A stretch of DNA of 59,505 nucleotides, filler included, from Basidiobolus ranarum (GCA_040143965.1; 5 parts of 5 records of this genome joined end to end with filler, not necessarily neighbours in it); one strand, 5' to 3'; positions 29,801 through 41,490 are shown, counted from the whole stretch's first letter. Numbers and translations are program-made. The notes: generated by a model from the letters alone, not told the origin.

Positions 29801-29851
29801 ACCAGTCAACAAATGTGGAAATTGGCAAATGCCAGTATTGGGTGAAATCAT
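23866..29851 (-). CDS. Non-ribosomal peptide synthetase, 5' portion: vestigial C half - A1 - T - E - C - A2 (partial); exon 29851-29378, intron 29377-29320, truncated at contig end
   Basis: A1: LKAGAAYVPLD, YLIFTSGSTGKPKG, NGYGPTE, GELCIGGPQLARGY, LYRSGDL, QVKLNGLRIE, NTSGK. T: FYHLGGDSI. E: HHYIIDLVSW, EGHGRE, SRTIGWFTSIYP, DYGLLRY, FNYFGRF. C: IEDIYPCSVMQEGL, HHAINDG. A2: YTSGSTGTPKG. A 58-nt GT-AG intron joins the 169-aa ORF in frame. Confidence 0.96.
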
Positions 29852-32800
29852 TATTGAGACTTGTTGTGGATAGTGCCCAAGAGAATTGTTCAGATGGCTT
29901 ATATATGTGAGTATGATCTCCCTAACTGATGAATCTCAAGTTCACTAAAAACCAGCTTAACTTATTGGTTCAACATATGTAGAGGATCCACATCGATTGC
30001 ACCACTCAATGTGTATATTTCTCGTAGTGCAAAATGTTTTCGGCACAAGTATTTAGGCGATACTTGTAGTTGGTTTCCTAAGTACCTGCGTGACTTGTTA
30101 GCTCAGTTAATAAGTATTATTAATGAATAATTAAATGTAACTATATTTGTGAAATTGATATCGGCTATTGGGACTCTTCAATTATCATATAGTGCATATT
30201 ATCGCAAGTGAAATATTCTCAAATGTAATGCCATTGATGTTCCTCACACATTACTACTGCCATATGTGAATACAAACCTTGCGAAAATTATCATTGCACA
30301 GCCTCAGCATTGCAGAGGTACCGTCACACCGATATTCCTCTTACTATGGGAATATATACACAGTTCTCACATTCCTATGTGCTTTATACTTGACGAATAG
30401 CCATAAGTATGTCAGGTAAAAATCGGCCAACTCTCGCTATCTAACAAATAACGTTAAACTTCAACCAAGAATCTTGTTTTGAACACTGGTACTTAACGAG
30501 ACGTTATGATTGGAGCCTACGAATTACAACCAACACTTTAATAGTTCAATGCCTATCACGCAAAGTAGTGGGCACGTGGTGCAATAATGGACATGATTTG
30601 TCCGATGAATGGTCTTAAATTCTAGTTGGAGTTAAAATTTATATATAGAAGTATTCCAGACTCTTGGTAGATTTTGAGACACTCACTGCATTACCGTAAA
30701 AGGATGAAGTAAAACCACTTTGGTGGGAAAACAATCTGTAGAGATAACCATGGTAAGTCACTGTGAGAGCGTGGAAACTAATATTTCGTCATTCTCCCAC
30801 GTTGCTAATGCATTTTCTAACGTACATAAATTTTACAATGGATATCAAACTCACACCAATGTGGGACACCATTTACTATTCAGTGTGAAACTAAGTAATA
30901 GAGGATTAAATCTGAGAATAGGACTTTATCGCTGGAGAAGTTTTGATAACTATGTTGTGAAACCCATTTCATAATACTGTCATTTGAGAGATGTCAAAGG
31001 CACTAAGTATCAATTCTCGATCCATTGTCATGAAAGTTAGTGATTTTTCCTTTTACAAGGTGGAGAGTTAAGAAAGTAGTAATATTGATGATTTTCTGGT
31101 ACCATCATAGGTAAGCAATGTTCCTCATTTTCTCGGTAAGTAGATCATTAGTGCTCCCAAAGAACAGGTAATTGAGCATAAATCCCCAATCGTAGTGACT
31201 ATCAACATGAGGATTTCTGGTTTGTGGAACGGTCCCAGCTTAGCTCCATTTCAATGATACTATTTATGTCTCATAACGAATAACAAGATTCGTACTTTTC
31301 CAATACGTCATAGGATTGATTCCATCAACACGTTTTATCGATGCTATTGAATGGTCAAACAATTATTACTATTCTAGTAAAATATGCAGTGTCTAAGTTT
31401 CAGACACAAATGTTCATTTTTTAGTATTGTGGAGTATGTGACAACTGGTACTTTATATTGCCCATTTCAATTTCTTTTAAACTATGTTATAGTGTGTGCT
31501 GTTTATATCTGCTCTTTCTACATATAGTAAACGTCTCTGATAAATATATCATGACCTATTCTGTAATTGGTAAGTATTACAAAACTGTCACCGCATATTT
31601 CATCTGGTTGGATATTTCATCTGTTTGGAGCATTATGAACTTCACCACCATCACACCAATACAACTTCACTCCCTCCTACTTACATTCTCATGCCTGCGC
31701 AAAAACTAAAATATCTTTTCTTGCATAGTTACTGCCACATCTCATTATAGGTACAAATAAATATATCACCAACGTAAATAAAATACCATAACACGCATAT
31801 GAGTGGAATGTAGATATTATAGGCTAAATTTGGTGACAAAACATATTATGGTATATCCACTGGTACAATGTCCTGTTGAGGTATATGTATATTCCTTAGA
31901 GCAGTGCTCCTATGGCGTATCAGAATAGGCCTTTAAAATACTGGGAAGTATAAAAGTAAGAAAGGGAATTTGGTTGGGATACACACAAACCCAATGCATT
32001 TTCATTTGTTTAAATGAAGTTCAGTCAGCTAATAAGACATTTGTGTGTTTAGTATTTAAAAAACTCTGGCAGATCGACTTGTCAAGTATTTTCTAATCCA
32101 ATGTGCTTGACAAACTTCAGGAACTTGTGTGGGTAGGATGCTTTTGACTAACTCTAACCCAAACTCTTTTGCCAACTACATTTTAGTATTAGTCGTTCCA
32201 ATTAGGTTGAAATCCCAGTCCTTTTTAATCATGTCTCTTTTGACATTATTGTATCTTCTCTTCTTTCCACATGAACTTTAGAGCACAAACTTTTGCAAAT
32301 CTAAAATATGGGGATGATACGCCTGCCCTATCCTATATTGCTACGCTTATTCTTTGAAGTATCTAGCCAAGGTTTGCCATTTCGTCTCTCTTCAACTTTA
32401 GAATGGCCCCTGAGCCTTCAAGCTACCTGTCTTTGTACTATTCAGAAGAAATGGCCTTGCTCCATCTTATTGAGCCCTGTGGTTCTGTATATATGGCTTT
32501 AGATCCAGTATTCAAAAATCCAAGAATATATAGTTAGCCATTGTGCTCTCCAAGTTAACCAACCAACTCTCCCTATGAGCAATAGCTTATTTAGTACAAG
32601 TCGATTAACAGCAGAAATTACAAGGTGAGGATCAGAACATCACACCTTCTGAAATGAAATCATTAATTTACCACTGGAATACCAGCAGAACATTGACACA
32701 ATACCAGCTAAAAGTGTAGGAAAATAGAAGGGATTACAACTTGTTACCATATTTCATAAGGTCTTGGTGAGGGTGTCCACAATTCATATGATTATGTGTA

Positions 32801-33072
32801 CTTTGAATACCTGATCTTCGATCAAGCGTACTGCCAGAGTGAGAATACCTTGGACTTCATATGTATATCACAATCAAAGTCACTAGGGATTTCAAATAGC
32901 AATATGACGCTACTATTGGAAGTGGGTCATCTCCCTTCCAACTCTCAGTCTTATTTAAAGATCAATTGGTGGAAGACTATGCTAGGGTTTGCATTTGTAT
33001 AACTCTCACCTTATCTATATACAGCAAAGACATACCATTCAAATTACGAAAATAAATTCGACTGCGCTACTG

Positions 33073-33515
33073 ACCCTAACCCTAATATCATGCAATTAAT
33101 TTTCTTCTTAATGTAATATACTAATACCTTTACTCGTTGGCTTAGTTTGAAGTGCTAAAGTCACATCAATAATTGAATGTACAGTGCGGAGATTGACTAG
33201 CTGACAACTGCATAGTTTTGCTATTTCTTGAATGTAAATTACAATCTAGTATTATCTTCAGTTGAGCACCACAAACATATTAACCACGAAGCGTTTGCAA
33301 GGAATCACAATTACATACTAACGAATATAGAAAGCAACATTCCCGTCTCAGGAAATTAATACACATGTGTTTAGCAATACTAAGGAAACGACTATAGTGG
33401 TTACTGGGAAGCAAAATGGGAGCTAAATGGGAGCTAAATGGGATGTAGAATTACTAATACAAAGCACTATGCACTGCAAATCTTCTCCGCTTATCTAATC
33501 AGATAGGGTTAGGGT
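33073..33515. repeat. 12-bp inverted repeat pair of telomeric hexamers flanking about 420 bp that contain an 11-bp tandem repeat
   Basis: ACCCTAACCCTA (33073-33084) and TAGGGTTAGGGT (33504-33515). AAATGGGAGCT about 2.6 copies near 33414-33443. Confidence 0.45.
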
Positions 33516-33720
33516 AGCTCACTAAACGTGTTAACAAACAAAGAGTTAACGGAAACGATCTTGCAGTACATATGCACTCATGTCAACACAGGTCAACAAA
33601 CACAACAAAACCAGATCATTAACTGTCATGGTTTGGTGACTGATATTTCCGAATGATTATTGTTTGAGTTGTGGTTAAATACTAGGTCAGGCATTTGTAA
33701 ACCTCAGTTACATTTTGGTG

Positions 33721-35199
33721 ATGAAGTCTACTTGTAATTCATGTGATGTGATTTCGTTTTTGTCTATCGCATTCTGTTCCATAGCATATGTATTTTTCCA
33801 TTTGAGCTTACCACCGTTACCCCTTGATACTATTGTATCTAATAGCACGCAGAATCTCGTTTTTACTCGCTGCTTAAAGAAAATTAATGCTGAGATTATT
33901 TTCCCTGATGATTCGCTACGCTACGATATGGCTAGATTAGGGAAAAGGACTCGAGTGGTTAATGCCCCAATTGCCATTGCCTATGCTCGGTCAGATAACG
34001 ATGTACAGGAACTTGTCAAGTGCTCAGTCGCGGCAGGGATTGCAGTGACACCCCGCAGTGGAGGCCACAGCTTTGAATCGTTTTCAACTACTACGGGAAC
34101 GTTCGTTGTGGATATATCTAACATGAATAAGTTTGTTGCCGCTAGTGGAAATACGGCCATTGTTCAAGCGGGTATCGCCTTGAAAGATTTGTATTTAGCA
34201 ATCCACGCAAGTAATCGGGAATTAACGTTTCCATCGGGAACCTGTCCTACAGTTGGTTTGGGAGGAATAGTGAGTTCTGGAGGATATGGAACAGTGGCAA
34301 GAAATTTTGGTATTTCTGCAGATTATATCCAATCCGCAACTGTCGTTAACTATAAAGCTGAAATTATCCAAGCAAGTGAGGATCAGAATCCAGATCTATT
34401 CTGGGCGTTACGAGGCGGAGGTGGAGGAACATTCGGCTTAGTTCTTTCATATACTTTAAAACTGGTGAAGACTCCTTTAAACAGCATGTTTCATATCACC
34501 TGGACCCCACTAAATGCGATCAAGGTGTTAAAACAATGGCAACACTGGGCACCTAAGGCAACAGAGAAACTTACCATGTACTTCCAATATCTTCCTTTCT
34601 ATATTCGCATCTATGGTCACTTTTTGGGAACCATGGAGGAACTAGACGAAGTATTGAAGGAAAGTGGACTATTAGATATTGGCGTCCCTTTCTTACACAA
34701 AGCCTCCTGCTCAGCTCTCGGAGCTAAAACCTTTTTCAACTTCGATGATTCTTGTCAAGATCATACTTCTATTTCTACGTGGGCTTATAAAGCAGTAACT
34801 GCCCATGAAAAATCGTATGCTAGAAGCTTGTTTTTCACACAAGAATTACCCGACCATGTATTGGATGTCAACCTTGAAGCGTTTGGGGGAATCTTTGCTG
34901 AGCAATCTACGTCAATGACGCCATTTCCGCATAGACAAGGAATTTTGTTTCAACTAGAGTTTGCCATTTATGTCACTGGTGCACCGTTGGTTGACGAACT
35001 TGCTCATAACTGGAGCAATGACATGTTTAGGATTCTCTCGCCATATTCTAATGGAGGGTCATATCATGGTTATGTATCTCTAGATCTACAAGATCCCTTA
35101 AAGGCTTATTTTGGTAACAATGTTGATCGTCTTATCGACATCAAGCGAAAATATGACCCATTGAATGTTTTCCGGAATCCGCAGAGCATCCAACCTTAG
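33721..35199 (+). CDS. Berberine-bridge-enzyme-like FAD-linked oxidase with N-terminal signal/anchor
   Basis: RSGGHSFE (covalent-FAD His), GTCPTVGLGG (second covalent Cys), GGYG, DLFWALRGGGGGTFG, PFPHR, YFGNNVDRLIDIKRKYDPLNVFRNPQSI (BBE domain). Intronless. Confidence 0.92.
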   Translation: MKSTCNSCDVISFLSIAFCSIAYVFFHLSLPPLPLDTIVSNSTQNLVFTRCLKKINAEIIFPDDSLRYDMARLGKRTRVVNAPIAIAYARSDNDVQELVKCSVAAGIAVTPRSGGHSFESFSTTTGTFVVDISNMNKFVAASGNTAIVQAGIALKDLYLAIHASNRELTFPSGTCPTVGLGGIVSSGGYGTVARNFGISADYIQSATVVNYKAEIIQASEDQNPDLFWALRGGGGGTFGLVLSYTLKLVKTPLNSMFHITWTPLNAIKVLKQWQHWAPKATEKLTMYFQYLPFYIRIYGHFLGTMEELDEVLKESGLLDIGVPFLHKASCSALGAKTFFNFDDSCQDHTSISTWAYKAVTAHEKSYARSLFFTQELPDHVLDVNLEAFGGIFAEQSTSMTPFPHRQGILFQLEFAIYVTGAPLVDELAHNWSNDMFRILSPYSNGGSYHGYVSLDLQDPLKAYFGNNVDRLIDIKRKYDPLNVFRNPQSIQP

Positions 35200-35680
35200 G
35201 CTTGAGTACGATAACGATTTCTTGGGAGTTTATTACCATGAATGCAAAAAAATTGGTCATAATTATTTATCGAACTGAGTTGACATACTTTGTATATTGG
35301 TGTGACTGCTAAAAACATTTCAATCGCATTATCAAAAATCCTTAATTTTAAATATCTCATTTCACAGGTAAAGATCGTGAATGAGCAAGTAAAAATGGAT
35401 AATTCCGAATAATTAGGTAAAATAATAGGAATAATAAAATTGCAAATTAGGATCCAATCAAAAGAATGAACAAAATGCTTTAATAGGCTATGGGAAACCT
35501 TCCTATAAAGGTCAAAAGAACTTTAAGAAGAAAAGTAACACATTCTGCGATTACTTGAGCTAGATGAGTAAAACCAGTGGAATTTCAAAGATATGAGTTA
35601 GGGAATTCTCAACCTTTGGAGCACTAGGTATACTATAACTATGAATATGCTATAAAGTAGATATTCATAATTCAACCAGA

Positions 35681-35780
35681 NNNNNNNNNNNNNNNNNNNN
35701 NNNNNNNNNNNNNNNNNNNNNNNNTTAATTAATTAANNNNNNNNNNNNNNNNNNNNNNNNNNNNNNNNNNNNNNNNNNNN
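35681..35780. other. Artificial contig spacer
   Basis: N44-TTAATTAATTAA-N44. Confidence 0.98.
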
Positions 35781-35876
35781 TGAGAATAATGGGTAATATC
35801 TTAGTGAAACATAAGATAACTAAGTACTAAGCTATATATGACTATATAGGTGTTTAGGCAATGCTAATTTCAACAG
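35781..35876 (+). repeat. Dispersed repeat family, copy 1 (cut by contig start)
   Basis: Reverse complement of 44770-44865 with about 7 mismatches in 96 nt (aligned by eye). Confidence 0.85.
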
Positions 35877-38862
35877 CAAGAAGATGTTGGTTAATGTAAA
35901 TATGCTATGTTGAATGTATGTTTGTTTAATGATAGAGATTGTAAATTAAATCAAGATTGCAAACCTCAGCCTGACATAGGACAGGGATTGCAAGTAGCAG
36001 AGCTTATAGCATCGGTCAAACAAAGGTCAATGCTGATGATGGATTTATGGAGAGGGTTTGAGGTTGGTTGTGGAGTCATAAGATATGGATTTAATAAAGC
36101 TTTGCCGGTGTGTATCTGCTGACCAAATAAACAACATTTATAATATACACCAACAATGAGTTTGCATTTAGAGAACCAGTGTGAGTAAACTGAGCCACCT
36201 TGGGGTTAATTTGTACATATTGAAGTTTCAACTTCAGTTTCCCCAATTGTTGAATGAATCACATGAACATGTTCCAAATAAGAACTAACCAATGTTTAAG
36301 TAAAGAGTGCTAGTTATCACAGATGTGATATCTGAAATAATTTGTCACATAACCATAGAAAGAGCAATTCTGATTGAAATGCCTTTCTTTCACTAAAATT
36401 GTACAAGCAAAGATATTCACGTACGCAATCCTCAAGTCGGCATCTTATACATGGCTACTAATGGCTAAACTCTTACGAGATATCATATAACCAATGCTTG
36501 TAGGTGAAAGTTAAGAGACAAAACGTCAGGATTTACTAAATGCTGGCTCATTTGTGAGCATCAGCATATTATAAGTAGTCAATGTCTTGAATATGGTTCT
36601 ATTTCTAAGAGTTCAGCAAGAGTGCTCAAATACGGTGTCAATGATTCAATGATGCAAATATTGCATAGGTTTTCTCTAGTAGATTTTGAAGGTTTAATCA
36701 ATTGAACTATACATATGTGCACGCTTAATCACCATTACAGATTTATTTCTTAAGATATAGGATCATTTGTAAGCAGTTTTGCTTAACTGAAACATACCTG
36801 CTCCATCGAGTGAACTAATACATAGACTATTAGTATACAAGAATATATCTGGAAGGGGGCGACCATTGTGAGGATGATGTAATACTGCGCCTATTAGAGA
36901 TTTTATCATGCTATGCGCCTGTAGCAATCACAAACACAATGTCAAGACTTTACCCGATGATATCTAAAGATTCGTTAGCCCACGAATACTTATTGTAACT
37001 CCATATCAGAATTTACTATCATCCTTGTGATGATCATTGGCACACCAATTTCTCCAGTTTCCTACATTTTACGCTTATATACATCCAAGCTGCATTGGAG
37101 TAATTGCTACTTCAGCAGTTATTTTAATTCCCTTTGATTCAACCGCTGAGTAGGTTTTAAAAGTGAGAATTGTTGTAAGTATTTGGGATCAATTGGAAGT
37201 GGCAAACAACTGCTTATATTTTGCAACCAATAAGCAAATTATGTCTCATGGCCCTGATCACCGCATTCAATGATCTATAGCATGTCCACATATGTAAAAC
37301 CTCCAAATACCCTCCGAGTGGAATACAGCTGGCCAAAAGTGGTGAAAACATGGGGAGTCATTTGTATTTGGTCGTAATAGGGAATTTATGTCACCTACGA
37401 AATAATTTCTCTGATTTAAGCTGTTCGCACATATCCATTGTATGGATCTTCAAAACAAAGACAACATCGAGGCTACTTGGTGGTGTACGGGGTCGGTAAC
37501 AACTCTTCTAAATGATGCCCTCACTACCCCCAATGCTAACTTAACCAAGTCAGCTATTTAATCGCAGTACGCTTTGCCCAGTAAGCATATGGGAAAGTCA
37601 AATTCAGGTTTTGAATGTCTTAAGTGGCCCAATTTTAGAGATGATTCCGAAAGTAGATGAGATAAAGAGTATCCCCAAGGTTTACGCCTAGGAAACTCGT
37701 TTCTTCCAAGAGACGTAACTTGGTGCCACTACTAGTAATAGTGTTTGGACATATGTTCATCATTTGAGGTGATTCACACAAGATTGGCACATAAACCTGT
37801 TAGCAAAATGCTGTCAACTATTATTAATCGAATAAAATAACTGGGTTCCAATCAAACCTTAAGCTAACCTAATGAGCTAATGGTTGGCGTTGCGGTGGTT
37901 GTACAATTGCATTTATCTTCACGATGATTGGCTAAAATATCTTGGCATTAATCACGTCCCATTGACTACATTAGTACGTAGACATCAGCCCAAAACTCTA
38001 CATTTATCTTTAAACATGCTAGCCTCTAATTTGATCCACAACACTAACACATGATTTTCTCCTAGAAAATGCAGCCAATTGAAGTTGTACCCGGACCTGG
38101 AATACCTGCACACATAGCAATGGTTACAATAAAGGGTATATAGATTCGTGCATGAACTTACGATAAGGCATTTCTTCCAAACCGTGGACAATAAATCATG
38201 TCCGAACCTGTTGTTATCTGGTTACTGTTTCAACTTTTCCATATGCTTATTTCATTAGTTAACTCATTCCTAGAAAATGCATCGTAAACCATCTCTTGGC
38301 TCAACCAAACAAATGTCTCAGTTCTTGCTCGGCATTTGAAGATCGATACACTAAGACGGGTACATCACAGGTACACTGACCACTAACGATGATGGAAATA
38401 GAGCAGCGTGTTACACCGGGCAAATTCTCTTCGACAGAAGTATCCACGCTGATAAGGTAATGGGGATATCTAATCGATTCTTTTGTTCGGTAATACACCA
38501 TCTAAGGTGTAAATGAAATGCATGCCTCATGGAAGGGGTTAGACTATATATCTTTTATCAAGTAAATTGACACCAATGACGAAAGATTTGTCAACAACTT
38601 GGAATCTTAAACTAGGGCTTCATACTTGTTTTTTGGTTGATTCTGGTTACACTTAAGAGATACTCAGCAACTTCTAATTGGAATAGAGAAATGTGACCGC
38701 TATTCCTGTATAGCCTATGCTAAACTAATTCCGTTCCATCCTCTTTAAAAGCTCACTAGTCTTGACTCCAAACACTCATACCTACTTTATCCAGTTTTTT
38801 TTTCTGACTTGAACAATTTTGGAATAAGCAACCTTGCACCTAACAAAAATCATCTGAATAAA

Positions 38863-40728
38863 ATGTCGCCCGAACATGATCTTTGGTTGGGAATGCCAGT
38901 TCCTAGAAAGCTCGCCTCCTTGCAAGATGCTATGCAGGTTTTCATATTTTCAGTTTTTGGACCAACTGTAGTGTGGATAAAGGCCGCTCACATCAATACC
39001 AATACACTATGGCAAACCCCAGTAGTAACTGGAAGTGTTTTTGGTGTGATAGGATTGTTATTAGCCTCTATACTTCTAGTGTGGATTCCATTAAAAATGA
39101 TCGGTGTTCCTGGTCATGTAAAGGTGTCACAAGGAGGAGTGAAATTATACTTACCTGGCCCTCCTGAGCTTGTGCGTGCTAGTTGGCTAGCGTTGAGCTA
39201 TTTGTCTTTAAGTCTTGCATGTATGCTTGTTTTGGCTGGTTCGTGGGCTGCAGCAATTATTTCTACTATAAGTGCAGTGATAGCAGGATGGTCTATCCTA
39301 CATACAATCCCCGGCACTCTGGATGCTGCGAAAAACAATTACATAATTAAGCCACCCGCTTATCTACTCAACGCACGTACCGGGAAAATCGAATCAGCAA
39401 AGAGTAAAAGAACCTGCTGGGCGAAGTGCGACTGGGAGCCTGAGTATGTTGCAGTTACTCGCGCATTGAACCTTCAATCCGAGTGCACACCTTGTCCTTG
39501 TGCATCTATGGGAAAAACATGTGTATGGAAGAGTTACGGAAGTTTACTTTGCCATATAGCTGCGGAAACACGGCATCTAGGTGCCACTCATATATGGATT
39601 GACAGCTTAAGAGAGCATGGAGAACGCAAGCCACTAGAAGCTAGCACACCAACCTTACTCGACTCAACTCCATATAGAATTTTCCAAGGGGCTAAAGCAG
39701 TGATTGTGCCTACCACTCAATGCCAATGTTTATACCAGTATCATCCTGAAACGCTTACCCAAACCTTTAAACGACACTACAAAAAATCCTTTGGCGCGGC
39801 TATTTCGAGTTTATTTGGTCGTACGTCAGTAAAAGTCGCAAAATCAGAAAATTTATCAGATGGTTTACTATGCCAAAGATCTATTGTAGAGCATCATATT
39901 TCGCCATGGCTAAGTTCCCCGTCTGCACTACAGGAAAGCGCCTTTGTTAAAAATCTCAGGCTACTACCAGTTCTAATTAGAGATCCTTATGGAACCGACC
40001 TTAATGATATACAGACTAATGATTTGGTGTACGAGAAACTGGAGAATGTATTTTCAGAAGCTAAAAAATGGTCCAAAGCATGCGCTGGTTCATTAGTCAA
40101 GGAATTTATTCGACGTGGCAGTCACCAAAGCCTTTTCGAGATATTAAATGAGGTTCGAGATATTATTTCTACCCGTTGCGGCTGGGTTGTTACGCATGGT
40201 GACTCTGAACTTATGGCTAAGAATATGATGCGAGCTCTAGCCACTATTGGTGACGTATCATTTTTAACAGTTTGGCAGCCTTACTGGACCGATGGAAGCT
40301 ATTTTTTCCCTAATATAGCCCTCACCGTGGAGAAGCAAACGGAGGCAGCGTTTGAAGGTGCAATAATGGCAGAATGTGTTACCATTGTTAAGCAAACGTT
40401 TCCAGAGAGTTTAGTGGCTTTTACACAACTTCTGCTTCCTATTCAATATTGTAAAGGCCAACCTTCTGTTACTATAGTAACAGTCGGAAAAATTACAGGA
40501 AGCTTATTTGTGCTCTCTTCAGATTTAGTTACAGATTCTGGTAGCTGGTATGTTAGTGCTACCACACTCAAACGTGATGGTAAATTCTTTGGTTACTTTG
40601 CTTATGCCATATCTCCTACAAGCTGTGCGGAGGCTGATGGTCACCTATGCGCTTTTGGAATATACACCTGTCCTGCGCAATTATCTGGTGCATCAATACA
40701 TGGGTGGCGCTTAGGTGCTACTTTTTAA
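38863..40728 (+). CDS. Uncharacterised protein: about 4 N-terminal TM helices followed by a degenerate HET (PF06985)-like domain
   Basis: Long intronless ORF, first ATG at 38863. Hydrophobic segments in the first ~150 aa, then PAYLLNART, EYVAVTR, LGATHIWIDSL, RIFQGAKAVIV, PWLSSPSALQE in the order of the HET motifs. Confidence 0.65.
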   Translation: MSPEHDLWLGMPVPRKLASLQDAMQVFIFSVFGPTVVWIKAAHINTNTLWQTPVVTGSVFGVIGLLLASILLVWIPLKMIGVPGHVKVSQGGVKLYLPGPPELVRASWLALSYLSLSLACMLVLAGSWAAAIISTISAVIAGWSILHTIPGTLDAAKNNYIIKPPAYLLNARTGKIESAKSKRTCWAKCDWEPEYVAVTRALNLQSECTPCPCASMGKTCVWKSYGSLLCHIAAETRHLGATHIWIDSLREHGERKPLEASTPTLLDSTPYRIFQGAKAVIVPTTQCQCLYQYHPETLTQTFKRHYKKSFGAAISSLFGRTSVKVAKSENLSDGLLCQRSIVEHHISPWLSSPSALQESAFVKNLRLLPVLIRDPYGTDLNDIQTNDLVYEKLENVFSEAKKWSKACAGSLVKEFIRRGSHQSLFEILNEVRDIISTRCGWVVTHGDSELMAKNMMRALATIGDVSFLTVWQPYWTDGSYFFPNIALTVEKQTEAAFEGAIMAECVTIVKQTFPESLVAFTQLLLPIQYCKGQPSVTIVTVGKITGSLFVLSSDLVTDSGSWYVSATTLKRDGKFFGYFAYAISPTSCAEADGHLCAFGIYTCPAQLSGASIHGWRLGATF

Positions 40729-41229
40729 GCATTCGCAACTGTCAAAGTAGTTAACATGTTTGTCGGAAGTAAATAATTGTATTGTTAAATTTAATCCACA
40801 TGCTATTACATAATACTGATGTCATAATTCATACCCTGATATTATCTAAAACAAACTTCAATAAAGTCACGTTAAAATATATTGTTCCAATATTGTGCCT
40901 GATATATCAATATATGCATTGGGTATAGTAGTTCAAAATTCAAGCAACTCAATTTGGCACCCTCATGCATGAGTAGTCTTAATTTACAACACTGTATTAT
41001 AGTATACTAGTAGCTGCTAGTTCTTGGTCAATAGGAACAGGTCATAGGAGTACATATAACTTATATAATATGTATTAGCAAGATACACAGCTTTTGACTT
41101 GATGATCAGGTTCAAATAAAAAAATGTATACATCCATTTTCACTTTTATTTATGCTCATTTGTAACTAAATATGTAAGGCCCAAAATTCTATGATATTTC
41201 TGTTGAAGTATTTTGAAAGTTATTGGAAG

Positions 41230-41490
41230 TGATTTGGAGAACTAGAAGTATTGGTGATGTTCACCTAATGACTTATTGGGTGCAATTTCACCTTTATGCT
41301 TTTGCCAAGGAGTAGATAAATCAATGTGCAGAGTACAAAGTTTGAGAAAATCATATAATCCAAGAACTTCCAAGTTAGGTAAATTTCAAGCATAAATTCC
41401 TCACACTGATATTGAATACTAACATGGTAAAACTTAGGCAGTGAACTATATGACCATAGAGATGTGTAAGCTATGTCATTTTTAACAATT
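41230..41490 (+). repeat. Dispersed repeat family, diverged copy 2
   Basis: Colinear with the reverse complement of 44770-45068 (TTTGGAGAA..ATTGGTG..TTCAC..TTATTG; AGAACTTCCAAGT; CTATGTCATTTTTAACA). Confidence 0.65.

Noticed and set aside
32040-33000. Possible decayed LINE reverse-transcriptase tail on the minus strand upstream of the NRPS
   Set aside because: Only a vague GGLG-like resemblance among many stops; cannot be supported without a search.
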